Positions 29,963-40,915 of a stretch of DNA of 64,000 nt are shown here, one piece after another. Each line of letters starts with the position of its first letter. The first letter of the stretch is position 1. Source of the stretch: an uncultured Clostridia bacterium (GTDB lineage Bacteria; Bacillota; Clostridia; TANB77; CAG-508); contig CAKPNF010000001.1 of the NCBI GenBank assembly GCA_934168305.1, positions 69,923-133,922 of the forward strand, in the 5' to 3' direction. The notes beneath the pieces are model-generated. The model was not told the DNA's origin, did no database searches, and saw only the letters and a list, made by a program, of their open reading frames with translations. The translations under genes were made by a program, and so were the position numbers.

Positions 29963-30078
29963 TAATACTTGAAAACTATATTTTTTTGATATAGAATAGT
30001 ATTGCCCAATAAAATATAGGCAATACTAAAAAGAAAAAAGCAATAAATAAAGCTTTAAAATCAAAGGAGGAATTTTAA

Positions 30079-31095
30079 ATGTCAGTAAAAGTAGCCATTA
30101 ATGGTTTTGGACGTATAGGACGTCTAGCATTTAGACAAATGTTTGGAGCAGAAGGATATGAAATCGTTGCAATAAATGATTTAACAAGTCCTGCAATGCT
30201 AGCTCAATTATTAAAATATGATTCAGCACAAGGAAGATATGAAAAAGCTGAAACTGTAGTAGCAGGAGAAGATTCAATAACAGTAGATGGAAAAACAATC
30301 AAAATATATGCTGAAAAAGATGCAGCAAACTTACCTTGGGGAGAAATAGGAGTAGATGTAGTATTAGAATGTACAGGGTTCTACACATCAAAAGATAAAG
30401 CACAAGCTCATATAGATGCAGGAGCAAAAAAAGTTGTAATTTCAGCACCAGCTGGAAAAGACCTACCAACAGTTGTATTTGGTGTAAATGAGAAAGTATT
30501 AACACCAGAAGATAAAATAATATCAGCAGCATCATGTACAACAAACTGCTTAGCACCAATGGCAAAAGCATTAAATGATTATGCACCAATCCAATCAGGA
30601 ATAATGACAACAGTTCATGCATACACAGGAGATCAAATGCTTTTAGATGGACCACATAGAAAAGGAGATTTAAGAAGAGCAAGAGCAGCAGCAGTTAATA
30701 TAGTACCAAATTCAACAGGAGCAGCAAAAGCAATAGGATTAGTTATTCCAGAATTAAATGGAAAATTAATTGGTTCTGCACAAAGAGTTCCAGTTCCAAC
30801 AGGTTCAACAACAATACTAGTTGCAGTTGTAAAAGGAAACGATATAACAGAGGAAACAATAAATGCAGCTATGAAAGCTCAAAGCAGTGAATCATTTGGA
30901 TATACAGATGAATACTTAGTATCTTCAGATGTAATAGGAATGAGATATGGTTCATTATTTGATAGTACACAAACAATGGTAACAAAAATAGAAGATGGAT
31001 TATATCAAGTTCAAGTTGTTGCTTGGTATGATAATGAAAATTCATATACAAGCCAAATGGTAAGAACTATTAAATATTTTGCTGAATTAAACTAA
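30079..31095 (+). CDS. gap: type I glyceraldehyde-3-phosphate dehydrogenase
   Basis: 338 aa. NGFGRIGR Rossmann motif. [10 protein letters not shown] active site. Confidence 0.95.
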   Translation: MSVKVAINGFGRIGRLAFRQMFGAEGYEIVAINDLTSPAMLAQLLKYDSAQGRYEKAETVVAGEDSITVDGKTIKIYAEKDAANLPWGEIGVDVVLECTGFYTSKDKAQAHIDAGAKKVVISAPAGKDLPTVVFGVNEKVLTPEDKIISAASCTTNCLAPMAKALNDYAPIQSGIMTTVHAYTGDQMLLDGPHRKGDLRRARAAAVNIVPNSTGAAKAIGLVIPELNGKLIGSAQRVPVPTGSTTILVAVVKGNDITEETINAAMKAQSSESFGYTDEYLVSSDVIGMRYGSLFDSTQTMVTKIEDGLYQVQVVAWYDNENSYTSQMVRTIKYFAELN

Positions 31096-31140
31096 ATAAA
31101 AGATGAGGTACTTTTATAGTACCTCATGGGTTAAATATAT

Positions 31141-31215
31141 TGGGGTGTAGCCAAGCGGTAAGGCAGATGGCTCTGACCCATCGATGCGTAGGTTCGAATC
31201 CTACCACCCCAGCCA
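31141..31215 (+). tRNA. tRNA-Gln (anticodon CUG)
   Basis: Manual cloverleaf. Acceptor TGGGGTG/CACCCCA. Anticodon stem GATGG/CCATC with loop CTCTGAC. T-arm GTAGG-TTCGAAT-CCTAC. Discriminator G + CCA. Confidence 0.9.
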
Positions 31216-31232
31216 CATTATTATATTAAATT

Positions 31233-33704
31233 TTATAACTCTCTATTTAAATTTCCGTTCGTAAATTCTTTACCTTCTAATCTTTTTTTATCTAAAACTT
31301 GATTAACAATAGAATTTATTTCACTAACTGTCTCATCTAAAATATCAATTCTAGCACAATCAATATTAAAATCAGAAGTAACAATAGAAGTTATTTTACT
31401 ATTATAAATAGTTGAAACAGTTTGAAAATTATCAAATAAAATTCTAAATTTCATATTTAATCTATCTTTCAAATAATATCTGTTATTAGAATTACACTTA
31501 GATAAACAAGTAGGATAGCATTTATTTGAATTTCCAGTTAAACAATAATTTATATTCATTAATGGAGTATTTCCATAAACAATAAGTTCTTTATTTAAGC
31601 AATGATTATCACATAAATCAGTAATAATATTCTTATTAGATTCAGGTGAAATAGTAAATCTTGAAATTCCTAATTTTTTTAATTCATATACACTATAATT
31701 ATTAAATACATTAAATGTATAATTAGCAATCAATTCAAAATCTTTATTACTTAATACATTATCTAATAGTTTTAAATTTGATATATTAGATATAACAAAC
31801 CCTTGAATATTATATTTTTCAATAGTCTTCTCTATAATATTAAAAAATAAATTTCTATAATTAGCTTTTATGATAGTAGGTAAATAAATAAAAATTTTGA
31901 ATTTTTTTTGCAAACATTCTAAAATATTTAAATATTTTATATTTGAAAAATATTTTAAAGGAATGTATACATTATCAATACCATCTAAGTTAGAATAATC
32001 AAAATCTAAATTTAAGATATTTAACAAAACCGAAACTTGTTTTCTAGTAGAGTCTTTTTTGTTAATATCAATTTCTTTCAAATCTAAAGAACTAATTTTA
32101 TTATTATTATTTAAAACATTCTTTCTTTTTATATTATCAATAGCATAATTATAAACATCGTCTAAAGCATTTCTCCTAAGCTCATTTAAAGCACTTATTC
32201 TTGGTAAAAAAACACTATCATCTAATTCAATGTCAATATTTTTAAATTCATATATAGAATCTTTTGTTTTTGACAATTGAGTTATAATTCTATCTTTATC
32301 TAAAGGCTTATTTTGGGCCATTTCAGGAACAACATCTGATTTACAATTTATATTTAATCCAGAATATATATCTAGATTATTAGCTGAAGTAACATTCAAA
32401 CTAATAGGAAATCCTTTTTTTACAATTATTTTACAATTTAATGCAATTTTTCTATTTTCATTTTTTATACTTTGTTGGGCAAGTAAATTTAATTTTTTAG
32501 ATGATATTTTATATATCTTATCACCTAAATTTATATTTCCTTTCATTCTTCCAATTGTAACAGTTTGACCAATAAAAGTATCTTTTATATTTTTATCCTT
32601 TAACATTAATTCAGAAACATTATAAGTTCCAGATTCTTTTTCAAGAGATATTGTGTCACCAATCTCAATAGGTTCCTGTAATTTCACAGTAATATAACCT
32701 TTATTTTTATTATATTTTTCAACTTTTCCTAGAAACAATCCCATATTATTAGGTTTTTCCTTAAATATTAAATTTTTATTAGGTTCATTAGATAAGTGAC
32801 CTGATGAAGACATTCCTCTGTTGAATACTTGCAACAATGTTTTTCTATCAATTTCATCAACAATATATTCTTTACCGCTCTCAACTAAATCAATATATTT
32901 TCTATATATTCTAGTAACTGTTGCAACATATTCAGGGTTCTTCATTCTTCCTTCGATTTTTAAGCATGTAACACCAGCATTTATTAAATCTGGAATATAA
33001 TCTAATCCACATAAATCACGAGTGCTTAAAAGATGTCCTTGATTTATTTTTTTATCATTTTCTAATAATTGATAAGGAAGTCTACAAGGTTGAGCACATT
33101 TACCACGATTACCAGAACGCCCACCGACCATACTTGAAAACAAGCATTGACCAGAATAAGAAATACATAATGCTCCATGTATAAAACATTCAATTTCAAT
33201 ATTTGAATTACTGCAAATATATTCTATTTCTTGGATAGAAAGCTCACGTGATAATACAACTCTTTTAAAACCTAAATCTTCCATTTTTAAAACACCCTGC
33301 AAATTATGAATAGTCATTTGTGTACTTGCATGAATATCTAGGTCAGGAAATTGCTTTATTAGTTGTTTAGCTAATCCCAAATCCTGAACAATTATTGCAT
33401 CTATACCAAATTTGTAAGCTTTTTCAGCAAGTTCAAAAGCCTTATCAAATTCGTCATCTGTTACTAAAGTATTTAATGTTAAATTGGTTTTTACACCACG
33501 AGTTTTTGCGTATAATATAACATCCTCCAACTGCTTTAAATCAAAATTTGAAGCATAGGCTCTTGCACTAAATAAATTCGCACCAAAATAAACACTATTT
33601 GCTCCATTTTGAACAGCTGCTTTTAAACAATCAAAATCACCAACTGGTGAAAGTAAATCAATCATTTTTTTATCCTCCACACAAATTATAACATTTTTTG
33701 ACAA
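31233..33704 (-). CDS. peptidase U32 family protein (long form with C-terminal extension)
   Basis: 823 aa. ECFIHGALCISYSGQC U32 signature. N-terminal TIM-barrel-like region. Confidence 0.8.
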   Translation of the reverse strand: MSKNVIICVEDKKMIDLLSPVGDFDCLKAAVQNGANSVYFGANLFSARAYASNFDLKQLEDVILYAKTRGVKTNLTLNTLVTDDEFDKAFELAEKAYKFGIDAIIVQDLGLAKQLIKQFPDLDIHASTQMTIHNLQGVLKMEDLGFKRVVLSRELSIQEIEYICSNSNIEIECFIHGALCISYSGQCLFSSMVGGRSGNRGKCAQPCRLPYQLLENDKKINQGHLLSTRDLCGLDYIPDLINAGVTCLKIEGRMKNPEYVATVTRIYRKYIDLVESGKEYIVDEIDRKTLLQVFNRGMSSSGHLSNEPNKNLIFKEKPNNMGLFLGKVEKYNKNKGYITVKLQEPIEIGDTISLEKESGTYNVSELMLKDKNIKDTFIGQTVTIGRMKGNINLGDKIYKISSKKLNLLAQQSIKNENRKIALNCKIIVKKGFPISLNVTSANNLDIYSGLNINCKSDVVPEMAQNKPLDKDRIITQLSKTKDSIYEFKNIDIELDDSVFLPRISALNELRRNALDDVYNYAIDNIKRKNVLNNNNKISSLDLKEIDINKKDSTRKQVSVLLNILNLDFDYSNLDGIDNVYIPLKYFSNIKYLNILECLQKKFKIFIYLPTIIKANYRNLFFNIIEKTIEKYNIQGFVISNISNLKLLDNVLSNKDFELIANYTFNVFNNYSVYELKKLGISRFTISPESNKNIITDLCDNHCLNKELIVYGNTPLMNINYCLTGNSNKCYPTCLSKCNSNNRYYLKDRLNMKFRILFDNFQTVSTIYNSKITSIVTSDFNIDCARIDILDETVSEINSIVNQVLDKKRLEGKEFTNGNLNREL

Positions 33705-34045
33705 TAAAGTAAAATATCAAAAAAATAAAGTTTCATCAATAACCAAGAATGATTTGGGCGAATAATTTAATAGTGATAGATGGGGAACTTTTGTGGGAGA
33801 GGATTTATTTTCAGTACCATGTAATGACTTAAATGAAAATGAATATGTCGCATATTGGTTAACATTAGTTTCTAACGTAAAATTTGAAAAAAATAACGAA
33901 TCAGTTGACAATGGAAAAGTAGAATGGAACATAAAAATACAAAATCAACAAAAATATTACAAAAAAATAGTTGCATTATTTTTCCAATAATAGTATAATA
34001 GAAAATGTGAGATAATAAATATAAAGTATAAAGTGAGGTAAAAAA

Positions 34046-35308
34046 ATGGATTATGTTTATATACTAAGAGAAGCATTAGTATGGATTGTAACAATATTTT
34101 GGTTATATCAAATTGCTATTAGTTTATGCTCATTAGTAAAATTAAAAGAAAAACCATTAAAAGTGAACAAAGAACACAGATTTATGGCAATTATACCAGC
34201 ACACAATGAAGAAGCCGTAATAGGAAATCTTATAGAAAGTTTAAAAAGTCAAAATTACAATAAAGATTTGTATGATATATATGTAATTGCAGATAATTGT
34301 ACAGATAATACTGCAAAAGTATCAAGAAAATTAGGTGCTATAGTGTATGAAAGATTTGATGAAACTAAAAAAACAAAAGGATATGCATTAGATTGGTTTT
34401 TACAACAAAAAATAAAAGAAGATGCACCATATGATGCAATATGCATATTTGACGCAGACAATATAGTGGATAAGAATTTTATAAAAGCAATGAATAAAAA
34501 ATTATGCCAAGGTGAAGATGTAGTTCAAGGATATAGAGATATAAAAAATCCAGCAGATAACTGGATAACATCAGGATACGCTTTATTCTATTGGACAAAT
34601 CACAGATTTTATCACTTAGCAAGATATAACTTAGGTTTATCACCAATGTTAAATGGTACAGGATTTATGGTAAACTTTAATATTATAAAAGAAAACAACG
34701 GATGGAAAACTTTAACATTAACAGAAGATATTGAATTTTCATTACAAAGAATATTAAAAGGAAAAAGACTAGGTTGGGCAACAGATGCTATAGTATATGA
34801 TGAACAACCAACAGGATTTAAACAAAGTTGGTCACAAAGAAGCAGATGGACGGTAGGACATATGCAATGTATCAAAGAATACACAGGGAAATTAGCAGAA
34901 GAAGCAAAAGAAAATAAATCAATGATAACTATTGATGGTTTATTATATATGCTAGGAAGTACACCTATGTTTATACTAACAATATTATTATTGTTATCAA
35001 ACTTTGTATTATATGCTATAGATGGAATGACACAAGCCGAATTGATTTCAAACTTATTAAGATACTTTATACCAACATTTGTATTACCATCGGCAACAGC
35101 TGCATTTGTTATGTATTTGGATGGAAAACCAATTAAACCTATGATAAAAGGATTCTTTACATATCCATTATTTATGGGAAGTTGGATAATTATAAATATT
35201 AAATGCTTATTTAAAAGAGAAACAACATGGGAAAAAATTACTCATAATAGAAGCATAAAAATTGATGATGTAGAACAAAAAGATGTTATAAAAACAGAAA
35301 AAGTTTAA
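34046..35308 (+). CDS. processive family-2 glycosyltransferase (PgaC/IcaA/NodC-like synthase), orphan
   Basis: 420 aa. N- and C-terminal TM helices. D,D,D motifs. QRSRW processive-synthase motif (SQRSRWTVGHMQ). Confidence 0.75.
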   Translation: MDYVYILREALVWIVTIFWLYQIAISLCSLVKLKEKPLKVNKEHRFMAIIPAHNEEAVIGNLIESLKSQNYNKDLYDIYVIADNCTDNTAKVSRKLGAIVYERFDETKKTKGYALDWFLQQKIKEDAPYDAICIFDADNIVDKNFIKAMNKKLCQGEDVVQGYRDIKNPADNWITSGYALFYWTNHRFYHLARYNLGLSPMLNGTGFMVNFNIIKENNGWKTLTLTEDIEFSLQRILKGKRLGWATDAIVYDEQPTGFKQSWSQRSRWTVGHMQCIKEYTGKLAEEAKENKSMITIDGLLYMLGSTPMFILTILLLLSNFVLYAIDGMTQAELISNLLRYFIPTFVLPSATAAFVMYLDGKPIKPMIKGFFTYPLFMGSWIIINIKCLFKRETTWEKITHNRSIKIDDVEQKDVIKTEKV

Positions 35309-35315
35309 AAAAAGC

Positions 35316-35344
35316 TTGCATTCTTACCAAAAATTGGGTATAAT
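35316..35344 (+). promoter_or_regulatory. sigma-A promoter of the rimP-nusA-infB operon (-35 TTGCAT, 17-nt spacer, -10 TATAAT)
   Basis: Exact consensus -10 and a 5/6 match at -35 with canonical spacing, about 80 nt upstream of rimP. Confidence 0.65.
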
Positions 35345-35368
35345 ATATATATCAACATAAGAGATACT

Positions 35369-35395
35369 AGAGAGTGGGAACAAATCCCACTCTCT
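35369..35395 (+). promoter_or_regulatory. leader hairpin (AGAGAGTGGGA / TCCCACTCTCT) in the rimP-nusA 5'UTR, a possible NusA-autoregulatory attenuator
   Basis: 11-bp perfect stem between the promoter and the rimP RBS. Confidence 0.4.
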
Positions 35396-35422
35396 AATTG
35401 TTAGAATAAAAGGAGGTAAAAA

Positions 35423-35881
35423 TTGGCAAGTATAGAAGAAAAAGTTGAAAAATTAATACAACCTATAATTGAAGAAATAGGATATGACTTATACGATGTA
35501 GAATATGCAAAAGAGGGCAAAAACTACTTTCTAAGAATATTCATTGATAATGAAAAAGGAATTGATTTGAATGATTGTGAAAAGGTAAACGATGCAATAA
35601 CAGATATTTTAGACGAAGAAAATTATATTAAAGAGCAATATTTTTTAGAGGTATCATCACCAGGAATTGAAAGAGTATTAAGAAAAGATAAACATCTAGA
35701 ACAAAATATTGGAGAACAAATAAATATAAAACTATTTAAAAAAGATGAAAATGGAAAAAAAGAATATATAGGAAAACTAACAAAATATGATGATTCAAAT
35801 ATATTCATTGAACAAGATGAAAATGAAGTGAAAATTGAAAGAAAAAATATATCACAAATAAAAACGGTATATAATTGGTAA
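35423..35881 (+). CDS. rimP: ribosome maturation factor RimP
   Basis: 152 aa. Conserved position upstream of nusA. TTG start after AAAGGAGGT. Confidence 0.8.
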   Translation: MASIEEKVEKLIQPIIEEIGYDLYDVEYAKEGKNYFLRIFIDNEKGIDLNDCEKVNDAITDILDEENYIKEQYFLEVSSPGIERVLRKDKHLEQNIGEQINIKLFKKDENGKKEYIGKLTKYDDSNIFIEQDENEVKIERKNISQIKTVYNW

Positions 35882-35934
35882 TCAAATTTTATAATAAAGA
35901 AAAATTGTATTTAATTTAAAGGAGGAATTAAAAA

Positions 35935-37029
35935 ATGAAAGCTATTGATAACAAAGAATTAATATTAGCATTGGAGGAATTAGAAAAAGAAAAAGGAATA
36001 AAAAAAGAATATGTATTAGAATCAATAGAGACAGCACTTGTTACAGCATATAAAAGAAATTTTGATGCATTAGAAAATGTAAGAGTAGATATAGATAAAA
36101 CAACAGGAGCAACACATTTATATTCAATTAAAGATATTGTTGAGAATGCAAATGATGAAGTAACAGAAATAAATTTACAAGATGCTCATAAAATAAATAA
36201 GGACTTAAAATTAGGAGATACAGTAGAAGTAGAAATAGTACCTAAAGATTTTGGAAGAATAGCAGCACAAACAGCAAAACAAGTAATTGTTCAAAAATTA
36301 AGGGAAGTAGAAAGAGATTTGATATTTGATGAATATAGTCAAAGAAAAGGCGAAATCGTTTCAGGTATTATACAAAAAGCTGATAAAAATATAGTTGTTG
36401 TAGATTTAGGTAGAATAGAAGGAATAATGTTAGCTAAAGAACAAGTTCCAACTGAAAAATATAGAGTAAATGATAAAATAAAAGCATATATTGTAGATGT
36501 TGAAAGAGGACTAAAAGGTGCACCACAAGTAATTATATCTAGAAGTCACCCAGACTTTGTTAGAAAACTACTAGAATTCGAAATACCAGAAATATATGAA
36601 GGCTTAATAGAAATAAAAAGCGTATCAAGAGATGCTGGTTCAAGAAGCAAGGTTGCAGTATATTCACCAGATCCTAATATAGATCCAGTTGGTTCATGTG
36701 TTGGAGCAAAAGGTGTAAGAATTCAAAATGTAATAAATGAGCTAAATGGAGAAAAAATTGATGTAATAGAATGGGATGAAGACCCAAGTGTTTATATAGC
36801 AGCAGCATTACTTCCTGCTCAAATATTAGCTGTTGATATAAAAGAAGAAGAAAAATTTGCTGAAGTAATTGTGCCAGATGATCAATTATCATTAGCAATT
36901 GGAAAAGCTGGTCAAAATGCTAGATTAGCAGCAAAACTTACAAATTGGAAGATAGATATAAAATCAGAAACTCAATTTAGAGAAATATTAACTAAAAAAC
37001 AAGAAGAGGAGAATTCTGAAGAAGATTAA
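35935..37029 (+). CDS. nusA: transcription termination/antitermination factor NusA
   Basis: 364 aa. S1 and KH domains (GxxG). Confidence 0.95.
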   Translation: MKAIDNKELILALEELEKEKGIKKEYVLESIETALVTAYKRNFDALENVRVDIDKTTGATHLYSIKDIVENANDEVTEINLQDAHKINKDLKLGDTVEVEIVPKDFGRIAAQTAKQVIVQKLREVERDLIFDEYSQRKGEIVSGIIQKADKNIVVVDLGRIEGIMLAKEQVPTEKYRVNDKIKAYIVDVERGLKGAPQVIISRSHPDFVRKLLEFEIPEIYEGLIEIKSVSRDAGSRSKVAVYSPDPNIDPVGSCVGAKGVRIQNVINELNGEKIDVIEWDEDPSVYIAAALLPAQILAVDIKEEEKFAEVIVPDDQLSLAIGKAGQNARLAAKLTNWKIDIKSETQFREILTKKQEEENSEED

Positions 37030-37050
37030 AAAGCAACAAGAAAAAGGAAG

Positions 37051-37320
37051 GTGTATGTTATGAAGAAACAACCACAAAGAACATGCATGGGATGTAACGA
37101 AAAAAAAGATAAAAAAGATTTAATAAGAATAGTTAAAAATAAAGACAATGAAATATCAGTTGATAGAACTGGAAAAAAAGATGGACGTGGAGCATATATC
37201 TGTGATAACGAAAAATGTTTAGAGAAAGTTGTAAAAAATAAAAGACTAGAAAAAGTTTTTGAAATGCAAATAACACAAGAAATTTATGAAAGTTTAAGAG
37301 GTGTAATTCTTGATAAATAG
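37051..37320 (+). CDS. ylxR: YlxR/RnpM family protein (DUF448)
   Basis: 89 aa. RTCMGCNEKKDKKDLIRIV. Conserved position nusA-ylxR-L7Ae-infB. Confidence 0.85.
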   Translation: MYVMKKQPQRTCMGCNEKKDKKDLIRIVKNKDNEISVDRTGKKDGRGAYICDNEKCLEKVVKNKRLEKVFEMQITQEIYESLRGVILDK

Positions 37321-37630
37321 TAATATATTGGGATTAATTGGATTAGCAATGAAAGCTGGTAAAGTATGCTTTGGAGCAGACAGTGTTGAAGAAAATATAA
37401 TTAAACAAAAAGTAAGATTATTAATAATTTCAGAAGAAAGTTCAGAAAGAACAAAAAACAAGTTTGTAAAACTATGCGAAAAAAACAACATACCAGTAAT
37501 CATAGATGGAGATATTGAATCTTTAAGTAAAGCAATTGGGAAAAATAACAAAGCTGTAATAGGAATAAAAGATATAAACTTTGCAAGTTCAATACAAAAA
37601 AAGTATAATGGGGGTGATGTTATTGGGTAA
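37310..37630 (+). CDS. L7Ae/L30e family RNA-binding protein (YlxQ-like)
   Basis: 106 aa. Conserved operon position. Confidence 0.7.
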   Translation: MINSNILGLIGLAMKAGKVCFGADSVEENIIKQKVRLLIISEESSERTKNKFVKLCEKNNIPVIIDGDIESLSKAIGKNNKAVIGIKDINFASSIQKKYNGGDVIG

Positions 37631-40490
37631 GATAAAAATATATGAAATAGCAAAAAAGCTAAACTTAACCAGTAAAGAAGTATTAGAAATGGCTAAAAAA
37701 CTAAATATAGACGCCAAAAGTCATATGAGTGGGGTAGATGAAGAAGATGCTAAAAAAATAGAAAAAAATTTTGATAATAACAAAAAACAAGAACAACAAC
37801 CAAAACAAGCAACAAATACACAAAAAAAAGAAGAAAAAGCTCCGGTTATTATAAGAAGAGAAGTTATAATAACTGATGAAGAACAAAATAAAAAACATGA
37901 AGATAAAAAGCAAAAAGAAAGAAATAATAATATAGGATTTGTAGAAAGAAAGCAAAATAAAGATTTCAATTTAGTATATAGAAATAAACCAAACAAGCCA
38001 AAAACAGTAAATGAATTATTTGGACTAAATAAAACAGAGCCAAAAAAGGAAATAAAAAAAGAAACAATAAAAGAACAAGAGGATAATAATATAAAAATGC
38101 AAACAGAAACACCAGTAATTGAAAAACAACAATCAAATAATAGAAAAAATGAAAATGTAAATAAATTTAATAATCAAAACAGAAACAACAGCAGACCAAA
38201 CAATTTCAACAACAGAAATAACGAAAATAGAAACTATGATAATAGAAACAATGAAAATAGAAATACTGAAAACAGAAATAGCAGATATAATAATTACAAT
38301 AATAATGGTACAAACAATAATTTCAAGAGAAATAATAATAATAATAATAGAAACAATAATAATGGCAACAATAATACAAACAGATTTAATAACAGAAAGC
38401 CATTAGATGAAAGAGGAATAGAAAAAAATATAAAAAATATTATGACTGTTGAAACTGTTGAAAAAGAAATTGTTAGAGATTACAGCAAAAATATAGACAA
38501 ACAAAAAGCTAATAATAAATTTGAAGAAAATAAAAACAAAAAAAATAAATCAAGAAAAAATGATAACGGTTTTGATGAGGGAAAATTAAAATCATTAAAA
38601 CAAGCAAACAAATTATCAAACATGTTTGAAGATCAAGAAGGTGGAATGTTAGATTATTATGATTTAACAACACAAAGAGGAAGAAAAGGAAAGAAAAAAG
38701 CAAATAGAGACGAAGATAGAAACAAACAAAAAATATTTGAATTAACAGAAATAGAAATTCCTGATTCTATAACAGTAAAAGACTTAGCTGCTGAAATGAA
38801 AAAAACGACAGCAGATGTAATAAAGAAATTACTAGGATATGGAATAATGGCTACAATTAATCAAGAAGTAGATTTTGATACAGCATTTTTAGTAGCAGGA
38901 GAATTTGGAATCACAGCTAAAAAGAAAGAAACAATAACAGATGAGGATATTTTATTTGATGATTCTGAAGACAAAGAAGAAGACTTAGAAGTAAGACCAC
39001 CAGTAGTAGTTGTTATGGGACACGTTGACCATGGTAAAACATCATTATTAGACACAATAAGAAAAACAAACGTAATTGGAGGAGAAGCAGGTGGAATTAC
39101 ACAAGCAATAGGTGCATACAAAGTTAAAGTAAATGATAGAGAAATAACATTCTTAGATACACCAGGACATGAAGCATTTACAGCGATGAGAGCTAGAGGT
39201 GCACAAATAACTGATATAGCAATATTAGTAGTTGCTGCAAATGATGGTATAATGCCACAAACAATAGAAGCAATAAATCATGCTAAATCTGCAGGAATAC
39301 CAATAATAGTTGCAATAAATAAAATTGACTTACCAGATGCAAATGTTGATAAAGTAAAACAAGAATTAATGAATTATGAACTAGTACCAGAAGAATGGGG
39401 TGGAGACACAATATGTGTTCCTATTTCAGCAAAAAATAATATAAATATAGACCAATTATTAGAAATGGTATTATTAGAAGCAGATGTTTTAGAATTAAAA
39501 GCAAATCCACATAAACAATCAAAGGGTGTTGTTATAGAAGCAAGACTTGACAAAAACAAAGGTGCAATAGCTACAATGCTTGTACAAAGAGGAACATTAG
39601 ATGTTGGAGATACAATAATAGTTGGTTCATCAATTGGTAGAATAAGAGCAATGGTAAACGAAAATGGTAAAAAAGTTAAATCTGCCGGACCATCAACACC
39701 AGTAGAAATAATGGGATTAACTGATGTACCAGAAGCTGGAGATACATTCTACGAAGTAAAAGATGAAAAAACAGCAAAACACTTAATTGAAAAGAGAAAA
39801 CGTGAAGCAAGAGAAAAAACAATTAATTCTGGAACAAAAATCACATTGGATAATTTATTTAGCCAAATGGAAGAAGGAAATTTAAAACATCTAAATCTAA
39901 TTGTAAAAGCAGATGTTCAAGGTTCTGTTGAAGCAGTAAAACAATCAATGGAAAAATTACAAAATGAAGAAGTAAAAGTAAAAGTTATCCATGCAGCACC
40001 AGGAGCAGTAAATGAATCAGATGTAACACTTGCAAAAGTATCAAATGCAATAATAATAGCATTTAATGTTAGACCAATACCAGCTGCAAAAGAAATGGCA
40101 GAAAAAGAAGAAGTAGAAATAAAACAATACTCTGTAATATATCAAGCAATAGAAGAAGTTGAAGCTGCAATGAAGGGAATGTTAGCACCAAAATATGAAG
40201 AAAAAATCATAGGAAATGCAGAAGTAAGACAAACATTTAAGATATCAAATGTTGGAACAATTGCAGGTGCTTATGTCTTAACAGGTAAAGTTGAAAGAAA
40301 TGCAGGAGTAAGAATTATAAGAGACAATATCGTAATTCATGAAGGAAAACTTGCAACATTAAAGAGATTTAAAGATGATGCTAAGGAAGTATCAAAAGGA
40401 TTTGAATGTGGTATTCAAATTGAAAATTACAATGATATTAAAGAAGGAGATATCATTGAAGCATATATTATGGAAGAAATAAAAAGATAA
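37617..40490 (+). CDS. infB: translation initiation factor IF-2 (start uncertain: GTG 37614, ATG 37617 or TTG 37623)
   Basis: N-terminus [13 protein letters not shown]-domain [24 protein letters not shown]. Long Asn/Arg-rich low-complexity N-terminal linker. Confidence 0.95.
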   Translation: MLLGKIKIYEIAKKLNLTSKEVLEMAKKLNIDAKSHMSGVDEEDAKKIEKNFDNNKKQEQQPKQATNTQKKEEKAPVIIRREVIITDEEQNKKHEDKKQKERNNNIGFVERKQNKDFNLVYRNKPNKPKTVNELFGLNKTEPKKEIKKETIKEQEDNNIKMQTETPVIEKQQSNNRKNENVNKFNNQNRNNSRPNNFNNRNNENRNYDNRNNENRNTENRNSRYNNYNNNGTNNNFKRNNNNNNRNNNNGNNNTNRFNNRKPLDERGIEKNIKNIMTVETVEKEIVRDYSKNIDKQKANNKFEENKNKKNKSRKNDNGFDEGKLKSLKQANKLSNMFEDQEGGMLDYYDLTTQRGRKGKKKANRDEDRNKQKIFELTEIEIPDSITVKDLAAEMKKTTADVIKKLLGYGIMATINQEVDFDTAFLVAGEFGITAKKKETITDEDILFDDSEDKEEDLEVRPPVVVVMGHVDHGKTSLLDTIRKTNVIGGEAGGITQAIGAYKVKVNDREITFLDTPGHEAFTAMRARGAQITDIAILVVAANDGIMPQTIEAINHAKSAGIPIIVAINKIDLPDANVDKVKQELMNYELVPEEWGGDTICVPISAKNNINIDQLLEMVLLEADVLELKANPHKQSKGVVIEARLDKNKGAIATMLVQRGTLDVGDTIIVGSSIGRIRAMVNENGKKVKSAGPSTPVEIMGLTDVPEAGDTFYEVKDEKTAKHLIEKRKREAREKTINSGTKITLDNLFSQMEEGNLKHLNLIVKADVQGSVEAVKQSMEKLQNEEVKVKVIHAAPGAVNESDVTLAKVSNAIIIAFNVRPIPAAKEMAEKEEVEIKQYSVIYQAIEEVEAAMKGMLAPKYEEKIIGNAEVRQTFKISNVGTIAGAYVLTGKVERNAGVRIIRDNIVIHEGKLATLKRFKDDAKEVSKGFECGIQIENYNDIKEGDIIEAYIMEEIKR
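38140..38400 (+). repeat. in-frame tandem ~30-nt repeats (AACAGAAATAACGAAAATAGAAA..) encoding the N/R-rich linker of IF-2
   Basis: Visible repetition [10 protein letters not shown] / [10 protein letters not shown] / [10 protein letters not shown]. Confidence 0.7.
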
Positions 40491-40498
40491 TAATTAAA

Positions 40499-40531
40499 GA
40501 GGGATTAAGGGGCCACCACACCAAATCCCTC
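40499..40531. repeat. palindromic intergenic element, locus 2: single 33-bp unit (GAGGGATTAAGGGGCCACCACACCAAATCCCTC)
   Basis: 8-bp internal stem GAGGGATT/AATCCCTC. No inverted partner downstream. Confidence 0.75.
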
Positions 40532-40583
40532 CAAAATGAAGAAAATAAAAATTTAGAAACGAAATTAAGAGGAGGTAGATAAA

Positions 40584-40880
40584 ATGCCTAATAAACATCA
40601 AATTCAAAAAGATTTTTATACAAAAATGAGTGAGTGGAAAGAAAACTATAAAGTAAATACAGAGACTCAAAATGAAGAAAATAAAAAAGAAGAACATCAA
40701 AAATTAATATTAAGAGAATCATGTTTTAAAGGAATTGATGGAACAAGAATAGAAAGTATGGCTTTTAAAGATACTCCAGAACATAAATCTATAGTAGAGG
40801 AAGCTAACAAAAGAATTGAAGAAGGCAGAAGAAGAGAAGCAAAAGCTTGGAATGATGCAAAATATTATTTTGGAAGATAA
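40584..40880 (+). CDS. hypothetical 98-aa protein inserted between infB and rbfA, using a duplicated rbfA initiation region
   Basis: The 34 nt GAAATTAAGAGGAGGTAGANAAAATGCCTAATAAA occurs both at 40559-40595 and at 40891-40927 (the rbfA start). Both proteins begin MPNK. Confidence 0.45.
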   Translation: MPNKHQIQKDFYTKMSEWKENYKVNTETQNEENKKEEHQKLILRESCFKGIDGTRIESMAFKDTPEHKSIVEEANKRIEEGRRREAKAWNDAKYYFGR

Positions 40881-40915
40881 AAATATAGAAATGAAATTAA
40901 GAGGAGGTAGACAAA

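Noticed and set aside
29998-30027. Hairpin AGTATTGCC/GGCAATACT upstream of gap as a CggR operator
   Set aside because: It does not resemble the CggR direct-repeat operator. More likely a terminator or stem for the upstream membrane-protein gene. No cggR gene is present upstream.
33793-33990. 65-aa ORF between the divergent U32 peptidase and GT2 genes
   Set aside because: No RBS, low-complexity sequence, lies in the shared promoter region. Probably non-coding.
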